Of a DNA stretch of 64,000 nucleotides, positions 24,601-36,545 are shown piece after piece. Both the position numbers and the translations under genes were made by a program. Numbering within the stretch: position 1 is the stretch's first letter; each line of letters starts with the position of its first letter. Source of the DNA: Laetmonice hystrix (taxonomy: Eukaryota); the NCBI GenBank assembly GCA_965235115.1, contig OZ249441.1:1860001-1924000 (forward strand). The letters are read 5' to 3'. Below the pieces are notes generated by a model that saw nothing but the letters and a program-made list of their open reading frames with translations, ran no database searches and was not told the origin of the DNA.

Positions 24601-27600
24601 CCACCTACCGTAAGTATCCAAGTCATTACTCAACGGTTGAATATGGTTATGGTTTTTATTGGAATACTGGTGAAACAGTGACCATCAAAGCTAGTGCTGC
24701 AGTAGTCAGTGACTATTGGAATATCGGTACTGTAAGTGTTATCTTTGTCATTGGGACTGCACTAACAGGTTACTTGAACTTCTTCCATAAAAATGTCAGT
24801 CGCAGCGCCAGTGGAAGGTGACTACCAAACTTTTCTTGACAATACAATTAGTGATCCCACCATTTACACACTACCACGCTAGGCCTCAACTCCATGTGTC
24901 AACAACCACTCTGTCCATTAGAAAACTGCCAACAACAAATCTTCCGATTATTTCCCTGATACCCGTTCAGTTTAAGTTGAACTACCCTCAAAGTCATACT
25001 AGCGTATAGACTATTTTGTGGAGACCTTAATTTTAGTTTACCCCAAATAATGTTTGACTGTATGTTGATTTCTTTCAGTGACATCAACGAAAGGTAGATT
25101 ATTACACCACAGTGTGCACACCTTATATAACGATGTGACTAGGAACTAACATGGATGTGACTAGGAACTAACACGTCATGTATTTGTCATTCATTTATTC
25201 TTTATTCTCCACGTGTGAATAGAAAGTTTTGTGCCCAAGATAAAACTGCTGAGTAGTCAATATTTTATTTACCCATTTTTTTTTTTAACCGACGTGCCAT
25301 TTAGATTTTTTGACTGTATTGATGAAGATATTGAATCTGCTGTCATGGTTAGATGTGTTGTTTGGTTCTGGCTCGCTTTGTGCACCACAATAACCAGCCA
25401 TGGCACAGTCATCGTTCTTCTATAATATATTAGGTTGCATCGATTTTATAACGTCATATTTTGGAATAACCATGGTATGTGTCCTAAAGGTGTTCAAGCC
25501 TAGTAAGATTTATGATCTGGGCGTGAACGAATAGATATAATAAGTAGTAATACTATTTTAACCAACCAAACCTTAGTAGATATATGGACCTGGTTCACAA
25601 CACAAAAATTAAAACCAAATCTGCTTAATTTAAAAAAAAACAAACATTGCTTATTTCATAGATCAGCAAATTGACTCTTCAAAAGAGTTTAAAAACCAAC
25701 TTTGATGCATTGACTTTATGTGTGAAGATGATGACTCCAAACTGGACCTTCCGATGAATTGTAACGGACTAATTCAAATAATATTTTCGAGTTTGTTGTT
25801 AGTAGCACTCCTACGTCCAGACTTGAATTTCCTGAATTAAGCAGATGAAGGGATGAATGCACCTTTTCATAACAACATCACAACTAAAGTGTCCTCAAAT
25901 TGTGACAAAGAATATTAGGCTTTATCTTAGAAAGCGTGTACATTTTCCAGACACAGCGCCGCCCCACATGTAGGCGATTCCCCCAAAGATGAGGCGCCAC
26001 CTTTCCGACGGTCCAACAGTGTGGACCGTGTGTTACTGGACAAGGACCGAAGGCGGCCACCGCCCGGGACCGCGGGTAGTGCGTGTGGTCACAAGGATGC
26101 AGGTCAAGAACTGTGTTACCTATGTCACCAGCGGGACCGCCGCAATATACCTGTATCATTCACAGACGAACGAACCCGGCGTGAACAAGAAGAGGACAGA
26201 CTCCTACAACAGTTCCAACACATGAAGGACACTGAGGCTATCCTCCACGACCAGGTAAACACGTTTCATATTATCAATGGTTTATGAATTCAGAAAAACC
26301 GAGTTCCTGCTGAACAAGCTCTATCCATATGGTGTTCTAGCTTTGGAGCCCGTGATGTTCTATAGTTTTTATTATTATTTCTTTTTTATTTAATTAGATT
26401 TTTAAAAATAAATATTCTCATAATTGTGGAGAGGAGACTGACGTCGATTTGTTTATGTCGTTGAACTTGCAGGAGCAGCAGTTTGCCAGGCGTCATGAAA
26501 ACCAGAAAATGGCCGCATTCAATGTCGGAGTGGCCGAAGCCGTCAATAGTCGCAAACATGAACGGCCTGTCGATTTCCATCCGTCCTACATATTCCAGAA
26601 ACGTCCACTCACACCGCCACGATTCATTAAACAGGAGATATACCACCGAGACCTAGCAGAACAGGTATACACTCAGCTTCATTTCATTGTCCATATTCTT
26701 TTCACATGTTTTAAAGATCAGCTTTTTTTTAAACAAAAATCAGTTGACAGTACAGTACAGTACTTAGTTCTATTACCCGCATTAAAATGTATTATTTCAA
26801 AAGTTAAATTCCTCATCTGTACAACATAATTCAATGGTTGGTTGTTTCCCAGGTGAACAGCAAGGAAGATAGCTCAAAGAAACGGAGGGCTGATGAAGAA
26901 TTCTTAGAGAGACTTGAGCAAGTTCAGCTGGCTGAGGAGTAAGTGCCTTTCTTACCTATTCACAACGGAATAAAATAATAAGTAAGTTCAGCTGGCTGAG
27001 GAGTAAGTGCCTTTCTTACCTATTCACAACGGAATGAAATAATAAGTAAGTTCAGCTGGCTGAAGAGTAAGTGCCTTTCTTACCTACTCACAACGGAATG
27101 AAATAATAAGTAAGTTCAGCTGGCTGAGGAGTAAGTACCTTTCTTACCTATTCACAACGGAATAAAATAATAAGTAAGTTGAGCTGGCTGAGGAGTAAGT
27201 ACCTTTCTTACCTACTCACAACGGAATGAAGTAATAAGTAGTACAAGTATGTAATTGTACATACCTGTATAATATTATATTTATGAGGGATTTTTCAAAG
27301 TGATTGAATTCCATTCCAATGAAACCTTCGAGATGCTAACAAAAATGTTATTATTTACTAGTTTGGCAGCCCAAAGGGAACAGTACCTGCAGGATAAGGC
27401 TGACCAACAGGACCAATACAAGCGAGCTCTCTCTGCACAGGTCAGTGATACAGTCCTTAGTAAATGTATGAAAGTTTTAACATATCTCAGTTTGTAGGAC
27501 TCTGAACGACCCGTCCCGTTCATCCTTACACTTTCTTTCATCACATTTCTATTATACTTGGCCTTTCCTCCCGCTCTATGCGGAGGACAGCCTTTTGTTC

Positions 27601-30251
27601 ACCGCAGTCATATTCCCTCTCAGTACTACGGAAGCCCCTTGATGCCACAATGTAAAAATATTTCATATAGTGACCACCACATAATTATGTGGCGGCCACC
27701 ACATAATTATGTGGCGGCCACCACATAATAACTTGCGGCCACCACATAATAACTCACGGCCGCAAGTTATTATGTGGCGGCCGCCAGATAATTATGTTGC
27801 AGCCACTAGATAATTATCTGGCGGCTGCCAGATCAAATATATCGACACTGACTAACGGGCTTCCGTACCATACGGTCCTAGGTCCGTTTTATTCTAATTT
27901 CACATACTTCTAACTCTTTGAGATTCCTTCATTTGTTTCTATCTTCCTCCGTACCCCGTCTCCGCTGTGCCCTGTGTGCCCTGTCTCCGCTGTGCCCTGT
28001 CTCCGCTGTACCCCCCACCGTGCATGACGACCCCCACAGATCTGTATCAGAGACAGCCTGTGTAGTCCCGACAGCTCCCGCCGTATTCGGCACCATCAGA
28101 GACTCGGCCCGCCCACTCTACCCCGACCTCAGGTCCTGCGACCTTTTGCTCAAACCTACGCTTTGACCTTGGAACGGGGAGCGGACAACGACAAGAAGAT
28201 GGTACGTGACCCTGGGGGGACAATGGGGGGGGGGGGGGGGGTCACTGCCAAAGGTTTAAACTAAAGGGTAATTCAAGGGGAAAGATGGGATATATTTCTA
28301 TAAATGATGGGGGGTCTACTAAAACTTGGGTCATTAGGGCGTGGGTTTGTTTTAGTATAATGTCAGAGTTGTACACACATGTTCTCGCAGACACGCTGGA
28401 TATTGTACTATAAGGAACTGGTGTGATGGTGGTGGATAGAGTAAACTTTTGTCGGTATTTTACGTACGGAAAGTGTTAATTTTATGGATATAACCAGAAG
28501 CCCGTTTTGACGTTAGCCTGACTGCCACCTCCCACCCCACAGGTGCGGTTCAAACCGCTGCCATTACCAGCCCGTGTACCCGACTCGTCCGAGGCGGTGT
28601 TCGGTAAATACGACATGACAAACGAAGCGATGGCCGAGCGGCGCCGGAGAGCACACGATCTCTACAGGGACCAGCTGGGTACAGTCGAACAACGGAAACG
28701 GGACGCCATACTGCGCCGCCTGGCGGAGCAACGTGACGAGGAGGCCATGCTCAGTCGTACCAAACACGAGTAAGTTGTTCACACCTTGCAGCAATCAGAA
28801 TATCTCTCCAAGTTCACACCTGACCGACTTCACTGTTAATTGTGTGTTCACACCTGACCGACTTCACTGTTAATTGTTTAGTTAACTACAGTGTTCACAC
28901 CTGGCCGACTTCACTGTTAACAAACTACAGTGTTCACACCTGACCGACTTCACTGTTATCAAACTACAGTGTTCACACCTGACCGACTTCACTGTTAATT
29001 GTTTAGTTAACTACAGCGTTCACACCTGACCGATTTCAGTGTTTAGTTAACTGCAGCGTCCACACGTACCTGGTTCTCGCGATTTTAGCTTATATTTAGA
29101 TTATACGCGTGCTATATTTGTTCTTGTTTCGATTCTTTAGTTCATTACCTCCAACCTTCTGGTAAAGGATTGGGTCACCATTAAAATGTCTTTAACCCCG
29201 TGTGAACTGAATGAGTTATTGCTGTTTGTGTGTGAACTAAATGAGTTATTGCTGTTTGTGTGTGAACTAAATGAGTTATTGCTGTTTGTGTGTCAACTAA
29301 ATGAGTTATTGCTGTTTGTGTGTCAACTAAATGAGTTATTGCTGTTTGTGTGTGAACTAAATGAGTTATTGCTGTTTGTGTGTCAACTAAATGAGTTATT
29401 GCTGTTTGTGTGTGAACTGAATGAGTTATTGCTGTTTGTGTGTGAACTGAATGAGTTATTGCTGTTTGTGTGTGAACTAAATGAGTTATTGCTGTTTGTG
29501 TGTGAACTAAATGAGTTATTGCTGTTTGTGTGTCAACTAAATGAGTTATTGCTGTTTGTGTGTGAACTGAATGAGTTATTGCTGTTTGTGTGTGAACTAA
29601 ATGAGTTATTGCTGTTTGTGTGTGAACTAAATGAGTTATTGCTGTTTGTGTGTCAACTAAATGAGTTATTGCTGTTTGTGTGTGAACTGAATGAGTTATT
29701 GCTGTTTGTGTGTGAACTAAATGAGTTATTGCTGTTTGTGTGTGAACTAAATGAGTTATTGCTGTTTGTGTGTCAACTAAATGAGTTATTGCTGTTTGTG
29801 TGTGAACTGAATGAGTTATTGCTGTTTGTGTGTGAACTGAATGAGTTATTGCTGTTTGTGTGTGAACTAAATGAGTTATTGCTGTTTGTGTGTCAACTAA
29901 ATGAGTTATTGCTGTTTGTGTGTCAACTAAATGAGTTATTGCTGTTTGTGTGTCAACTAAATGAGTTATTGCTGTTTGTGTGTCAGACTGCTGGAGGATC
30001 GAGCGTGCCGTTTTGAGCGTATGTTCTCCACACGGAGACGACTGGAGTCGGACTGGGCGGCCGCTCGTGATCTCAAGAAGAATCGTGAACACGAAGAGAA
30101 GGAAGTCGGCAAGTCTCCCGGAGCGTTACTCCATGAACAATGTGACAAGTACAGCCGCTGTGGACAGTGTAAGCGGCGAGTCGGTAACTGTGGCGAGTCG
30201 AACATCTGGCGCGAGTCGCGCTACATCCCTGGCTCTCGGCTCATGGTGTGA
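15672..30251 (+). CDS. CCDC81: Coiled-coil domain-containing protein 81 (N-terminal HU-like domains), 13 core exons, 742 aa
   Basis: Exons: 15672-15753, 17099-17160, 17428-17584, 20335-20591, 21515-21594, 21808-22046, 24411-24609, 25951-26254, 26473-26664, 26853-26938, 27362-27440, 28543-28769, 29987-30251. Introns are GT-AG and phase-consistent; total 2229 nt. Motifs GVHIPGLGTFTF, KLDVGNNKFILVQRPVF, NVEFTFCGIGRLQIRDSKVKMKFYKDF, RPGTVDSV, AGQELCYLCHQR, LEQVQLAE and CGQCKRRVGNCGESNIW...YIPGSRLMV* match vertebrate CCDC81 as recalled. Confidence 0.93.
16131..16802. mobile_element. MITE / non-autonomous DNA element with perfect 26-bp TIRs in CCDC81 intron 1
   Basis: CTAACGTCACAGGACCCTAATTCGCC at 16131-16156 and its exact reverse complement at 16777-16802; subterminal ACCCTAATTCGCC copies. 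Confidence 0.75.
17925..18236. repeat. 44-bp minisatellite, ~7 copies
   Basis: Unit gtgcatggatatattcaggtaccagttcatgctaccataccagt. Confidence 0.9.
19140..20118. repeat. ~82-bp minisatellite, ~12 copies
   Basis: Unit gataaccaatattgtacaagttgccaagtgtgtgaaaacatggctataaggttatgtagtatccatgctatatattcatggt. Confidence 0.92.
22583..23265. repeat. Two adjacent arrays: 43-bp x3 and ~55-bp x~9
   Basis: tggttcagtggttcaggatatgctggtaggctgagtcctgcca; ctctggctgaggtcaacgaataggaggagatattggaataccttcacttcatatt. Confidence 0.88.
25079..25093 (+). CDS. CCDC81: Candidate 15-nt microexon of CCDC81 (adds DINER)
   Basis: gatttctttcag|TGACATCAACGAAAG|gtagat; frame-preserving in phase-2 intron 7. Confidence 0.5.
26919..27240 (+). 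repeat. 64-bp tandem repeat x5 containing the CCDC81 exon 10 5' splice site
   Basis: Donor GA|GTAAGT copies at 26939, 27003, 27067, 27131 and 27195. Confidence 0.92.
27674..27830. repeat. Tandem palindromic repeat (ccacataattatgtgg core, ~22-bp unit)
   Basis: Self-complementary units with degenerate inverted copies. Confidence 0.8.
28040..28201 (+). CDS. CCDC81: Candidate 162-nt cassette exon of CCDC81
   Basis: cccccacag|ATC...ATG|gtacgt; 54 stop-free codons, phase 0/0 like intron 11. Confidence 0.45.
28822..29070. repeat. Degenerate 33-50-bp repeat (gttcacacctgaccgacttcactgtta)
   Basis: About 6 copies. Confidence 0.75.
29200..29985 (+). repeat. 30-bp minisatellite x~26 abutting the CCDC81 last-exon acceptor
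   Basis: Unit act(a/g)aatgagttattgctgtttgtgtgt(c/g)a. Confidence 0.95.
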
Positions 30252-31519
30252 ACAACCAACCTCAACCCCCACTCAAGTCTCCAACATCGGGCAACTAATC
30301 TCATAAACTCTGGCAACAGTGCGGGGGAAATATACCCTGGATAAATAATGGAATATCTTTTTATATCAACAGAGTATCTTCTAGAAACTTCCCCTTTATG
30401 TCCTACAGTTAGAATCAAGTCGATACAAAGGTAGAAGCTATTGTTATATACTGAATGAAACTGATATTTTATGTGCAGGTTATTTACCATTGACGGAAAC
30501 AGTTCTCAGCGGTTTCCTTCGACCCTTTTGTTTTAGATCTGGTGTATGGCCAGTAAATCATGCCATACATCCAGTTTGTACATTCCATAGAGTCCCGTAT
30601 GTGATATTTGTATGAGGTATGTAGAATTGTACAAAAATACAGAGTGTGTTTGTGTGTGTGTTATAATGGTCAGAGACCTTTAGGGGTTGCTAATCACAGC
30701 AAACAATATTTCAACCCAAAATGTGCGTTAATCTGTCCTTGTAGTAGTCCCCAATATTAACTTTACAATACGAACTAGCTAGTGTCTATGTGTGGTAAGA
30801 TGTTTGAGTTTGTAGAAAGGGTGCCTTAGACATAGTCTTTCGTTAACACATATCGCAGCACTCAAAGCAACGTCTGTGATATTTGATTTTAAGTTCCGTA
30901 TTTCTTTCAGTGCTGGTGTTTTATTATACCATATTTCTGGTCATCCATTTCGCATCCGTTTCGAATGTTATACATCAGTTCAAGGACTGTATCCGATTCC
31001 CTACAAACACCTATCGGTATTTTCGTTGTGCAATTAGACCATCTTGATGTGATACCAAGAGATCTATTGAAATCATGAAATCATTTCGTAGTACACCATC
31101 ATTACGTGCCGGTTTGGTTAAAGTCATTTCGTAGTACACCATCATTACGTGGCGGTTTCGTTCATGAGAAAGGCTGCGAGAACATGTGGTATAGACCGTT
31201 TGAATTGATGATCATGACAACCCTAGGCCGGAGTACCAGTGTGACGTCACACACCGAGTGATGACCTTCGTCGACTACATGACCTTGACAAGGTTCAGTT
31301 TATAAGTCTGTGATAAAGTGAATAAATACATTTCCTCACTCTCGACTTCTGAGTTTGTCAACTGATGTTCAAAATGGAAAGGTCCCATAACCATGCAACC
31401 TACCGACAGTGAACTCGAGGAATCATTGAAGATTTCATATCCAAGCTGGTAGACGTGTATATAATGAGGTCCTCATTAAAAATAATTAATGTCCAAAAGT
31501 CTCGCAATAAACTTACATC

Positions 31520-32576
31520 AGAGTGTATATAGGAAGGTCCCCATTAAAACAATACAAAGCAGTATGAAATAGCAATAAGTCATGTCTAAAAGTCACGCAA
31601 ATATAGTACGTGTATTTAAGAAGGTCCCCATTATAACAACACAACGTATATAAGAAGGTCCCCATTAAAACAACACAAAGCAGTATGAAATAGCAATAAG
31701 TAATGTCTAAAAGTCACGCAAATATACGTGTATTTAAGAAGGTCCCCATTATAACAATACAAAGCAGTATGAAATAGCAATAAGTAATGTCTAAAAGTCG
31801 CGCAAATATACGTGTATTTAAGAAGGTCCCCATTATAACAATACAAAGCAGTATGAAATAGCAATAAGTAATGTCTAAAAGTCGCGCAAATATACGTGTA
31901 TTTAAGAAGGTCCCCATTAAAACAACACAACGTGTATAAGAAGGTCCCCATTAAAACAATACAAAGCAGTATGAAATAGCAATAAGTAATGTCTAAAAGT
32001 CACGCAAATATACGTGTATTTAAGAAGGTCCCCATTAAAACAACACAAAGCAGTATGAAATAGCAATAAGTCATGTCTAAAAGTCACGCAAATATAGTAC
32101 GTGTATTTAAGAAGGTCCCCATTATAACAACACAACATGTATATAAGAAGGTCCCCATTAAAACAATACAAAGCAGTATGAAATAGCAATAAGTCATGTC
32201 TAAAAGTCGCGCAAATATACGTGTATTTAAGAAGGTCCCCATTATAACAACACAACGTGTATAAGAAGGTCCCCATTAAAACAACACAAAGCAGTATGAA
32301 ATAACAATAAGTAATGTCTAAAAGTCACGCAAATATAGTACGTGTATTTAAGAAGGTCCCCATTATAACAACACAACGTGTATAAGAAGGTCCCCATTAA
32401 AACAATACAAAGCAGTATGAAATAGCAATAAGTCATGTCTAAAAGTCACGCAAATATAGTACGTGTATTTAAGAAGGTCCCCATTATAACAACACAACGT
32501 GTATAAGAAGGTCCCCATTAAAACAATACAAAGCAGTATGAAATAACAATAAGTAATGTCTAAAAGTCGCGCAATA
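31520..32576. repeat. Compound minisatellite (~86-bp and ~33-bp subunits with aagaaggtccccatta core)
   Basis: Direct inspection. Confidence 0.85.
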
Positions 32577-33948
32577 ACCTTGCACCAGAGTGTGATAAAG
32601 TCGCTCCTGAACGACAGGCGGTGAGAGCTGACATGATCTAGTTCCGATCATAGCCACTAGGTGGCGATGTGTGAGAGCGACGCTAGAAATATGCAAGGCC
32701 TCCAAGGAGGCATCGGCGGGGGGGGGGGGGGGGTCGGAAAACACAGGCAGATGGCGCCATGAGAGCGTGCCGAACTGTTATAAGACGTAATGCTGGACAA
32801 TATTCACGTTCACGTAATTACAGAGATTGCAAAGACATAATTAGATTGATGGTTGGAATGAGAACTATATCATTAAGTTCCCGACGATAATGCAGTAATT
32901 AGATTACATTAAAACAAAGAGAGAAATGCCTACCCTTTTATAGACAGTGAATCGGGAGGATTTTTAGTTGGATAGTTATTTTTCATCGAGACATTCTGTC
33001 TGAAATATAGGACGACCTTGTTTTGAAGAGGCACAGAAAAATGAATTTAATTACACTAGTGATCTTTACTGTACGAATAGTATTGACAATTGTGTGTGGA
33101 TACGCGTGGGGGTGTGCGTGTATGGCTGTGCACATCACACACCCCTGTTGTTGACGCATGTGGTCCTATGTAGGCCCTATGAGTTTTTTTTCTTTAGATG
33201 CAGGGGTATCAGGCGTAACCCAGTTACTTCGAGAATGTCCCAAAAGAGAAAGGTTATGTATACTTAAATACATGCATGTAGCCTATACCTACATGCCGGC
33301 GTTTGTCAAAATTCCAGGAGGACCAGGCATGCGTATGCGTGTCTACGGGACAGGTTTTCGACGTAGAAACCGAAAACTTTTCTTTAGAAATACGGTGGTT
33401 TTACGTAAGGTCCTTTGTTTCTCAATTCCCGAATATAAGGCACTTCGTTATCGCTCGTAAAGTAATTATGGGGAAGCACACTGATCTATGTACACTGTCT
33501 CTGTTTCTGCTATCGTGTGACCTTTTAGCTTGCAGTTCTCATCTCCTACTTTGACAAAATCCTACTTCTCATTGTGTGTGTCTTATTGTCAAAGACGCTT
33601 TCTTTTATAATGGAGTGGTACGATATACTTAGATGGTCCTCTGATGTAGATCTAAGAGTCGTGAATGCTATTGAGGGGGAAGGACTTTGATGTACAACAT
33701 ACGTACACCATAATCACCATCCCGAGAGGATGAGGAAAGGCACATCCTTAACACTACTGCCACTCTGTACCCCCCGCCCTCCCAACCCCACCCCCCCCCC
33801 ACCCCCCAACAGTCTGGCGTAAAGCAGTGAACTGGTAAGCCAGTAATCTTTGCGTAAGCCGGAAGAAGTCTCATTGTTCGCTAACCGTGTCCCCGTATAC
33901 AACTAGTCTCCATGGCGGGCTGCTGGCGGTGAGGTGCGCATTCCCGCC

Positions 33949-34020
33949 ACTCTACTCTACTCTACTCTACTCTACTCTACTCTACTATACTCTACTCTAC
34001 TCTACTATACTATACTCTAC
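33949..34020. repeat. (CTACT)n pentanucleotide microsatellite
   Basis: Direct inspection. Confidence 0.9.
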
Positions 34021-35221
34021 GCATTTTTAGCACGCTGCTACTGCTCAATATCTGTTTGCTACTGCTCAATATCTGTTTTTGTTCAATCTAACCTGCTCTC
34101 ACATACAATGTACCTCTGGTGGTTTTCTCAACAAAAGAAAGTGATAGCGTCTCTTGTTTTCATTGACCTCTACTGCTTTCATTAGTTTTACTTCCCCTCT
34201 TCTTTACTTTATTAATTCTTTCTTTCTTCCTTCCTTCCATAATGTCTTTGAAAGCTGACAGTAAGGTCATGAAGCAAAACATATCGCGGAGGAACAAAGA
34301 AAAAATAAAAGGGGAACACTTTTTTTGCGATAATGTAAATTGTGGACAAATGGTAACCAAAGTGACTTCAATGTTCGAGGCTCTTTATCAAATACGATTT
34401 TCAAGCGCAGGGCCTACAAAGTAAGCTATATTATAATTAAAACGCCATCTGATCTGAAATGTACCTAGGAATATAAGCACATAATATTTTATATAATTCA
34501 TACATAAAGGATCAGATCAATACATCAAGTTGTCTGATCCGCAACAACCGTAATATCCTAAATGGAGTTCTAAGGTTTCTAAGGAAGTATGCTGCCATTT
34601 GTTCATTTAGATGTCTGAATGATGAGGAGGTTAATGGTTGTGGCAGTCACAAAAGGTGAGCCTATTTCTGGCATGATTGTAATGTCAGGTTTGTGATTTG
34701 CGATGTTCAAAGGAAGGACTCGATCCAAACTTTTTGATCGACTCGCGAGGCCTGCGTGTTACCCCGACTCTAGTAAACAGGCACGATCCTCACAAGTCGA
34801 CTCGGTGGCTCGGAGGATTGAGTAACCAAATAAAGGAGTGTTTTTTAAACGAGTGTCGTATATATCTAACAACTTCTGTCCGGAGTAAGGTGTTGCCCGT
34901 TTTTTTATTGGAAACTCCTGCCGACAGACTGATCTCCTAGCCGGTAACTGATCTCCCAGCCGGTAATTGGTGTGTAGGAGTAATGTATCGGTGTCCCAGC
35001 GGGTAGCAGTGGCCGCCGGGCCGAATGATCGACCGGGCACCGCTCGCACAAAGTCACTTACCTCTTTGATGGTCCTGTTGTCAACGCCCACTGCGCCAGC
35101 ATGAGCCACCCAACCTGCGGTCACTTGTAATTGTTCCCAAGGGAACGATCCTATTTCCTGCCCACTTGCCAGGCAACACGTAGGCCAACGACCGCCTTCT
35201 ATAATTGGGTTCCACAGGACA

Positions 35222-36316
35222 ACAGTGGTCGCAGGTATGCCGACTGGTGACAGTGGTCGCAGGTATGCCGACTGGTGACAGTGGTCGCAGGTATGCCGAC
35301 TGGTGACAGTGGTCGCAGGTATGCCGACTGGTGACAGTGGTCGCAGGTATGCCGACTGGTGACAGTGGTCGCAGGTATGCCGACTGGTGACAGTGGTCCC
35401 AAGTATGCCGACTGGTGACAGTGGTCCCAAGTATGCCGACTGGTGACAGTGGTCGCAGGTATGCCGACTGGTGACAGTGGTCGCAGGTATGCCGACTGGT
35501 GACAGTGGTCGCAAGTATGCCGACTGGTGACAGTGGTCGCAGGTATGCCGACTGGTGACAGTGGTCGCAGGTATGCCGACTGGTGACAGTGGTCGCAAGT
35601 ATGCCGACTGGTGACAGTGGTCGCAGGTATGCCGACTGGTGACAGTGGTCGCAGGTATGCCGACTGGTGACAGTGGTCGCAGGTATGCCGACTGGTGACA
35701 GTGGTCGCAGGTATGCCGACTGGTGACAGTGGTCGCAGGTATGCCGACTGGTGACAGTGGTCGCAAGTATGCCGACTGGTGACAGTGGTCGCAGGTATGC
35801 CGACTGGTGACAGTGGTCGCAGGTATGCCGACTGGTGACAGTGGTCGCAAGTATGCCGACTGGTGACAGTGGTCGCAGGTATGCCGACTGGTGACAGTGG
35901 TCGCAGGTATGCCGACTGGTGACAGTGGTCGCAGGTATGCCGACTGGTGACAGTGGTCGCAGGTATGCCGACTGGTGACAGTGGTCGCAGGTATGCCGAC
36001 TGGTGACAGTGGTCGCAGGTATGCCGACTGGTGACAGTGGTCGCAGGTATGCCGACTGGTGACAATGGTCGCAGGTATGCCGACTGGTGACAGTGGTCGC
36101 AGGTATGCCGACTGGTGACAGTGGTCGCAGGTATGCCGACTGGTGACAATGGTCGCAGGTATGCCGACTGGTGACAGTGGTCGCAGGTATGCCGACTGGT
36201 GACAGTGGTCGCAGGTATGCCGACTGGTGACAGTGGTCGCAGGTATGCCGACTGGTGACAGTGGTCGCAGGTATGCCGACTGGTGACAATGGTCGCAGGT
36301 ATGCCGACTGGTGACG
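35222..36316. repeat. 28-bp minisatellite, ~39 copies
   Basis: Unit cagtggtcgcaggtatgccgactggtga. Confidence 0.95.
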
Positions 36317-36545
36317 CGGACTTCTTTCCACCGATTTACGACCTGAGACGCAATGATCTTTGCCAAGATCATAATTACGTGAAACTTATAACACGGCAAG
36401 CGGAAGGTGCTGCAAGTATCATCAGCCGCAAGACAATAGGAGTGCTCATCGAATCGAATGGATGAATTTCGTCTCAAACCATCGCTCTAATTCATTCCTA
36501 ACGTATGTCAATGATATCCTTTTTGTTTAATTGGTGAGAGTGAGC

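Noticed and set aside
29181-30092. Repeat ORFs HTQTAITHLV / CELNELLLFV
   Set aside because: A 30-bp intronic array; the real coding exon starts at 29987.
34759-36477. 572/416/316-aa Cys/His-rich repeat ORFs (zinc-finger-like CDHCH)
   Set aside because: The 28-bp unit is not a multiple of 3, so the same peptide appears in all three frames; this is a satellite artefact.
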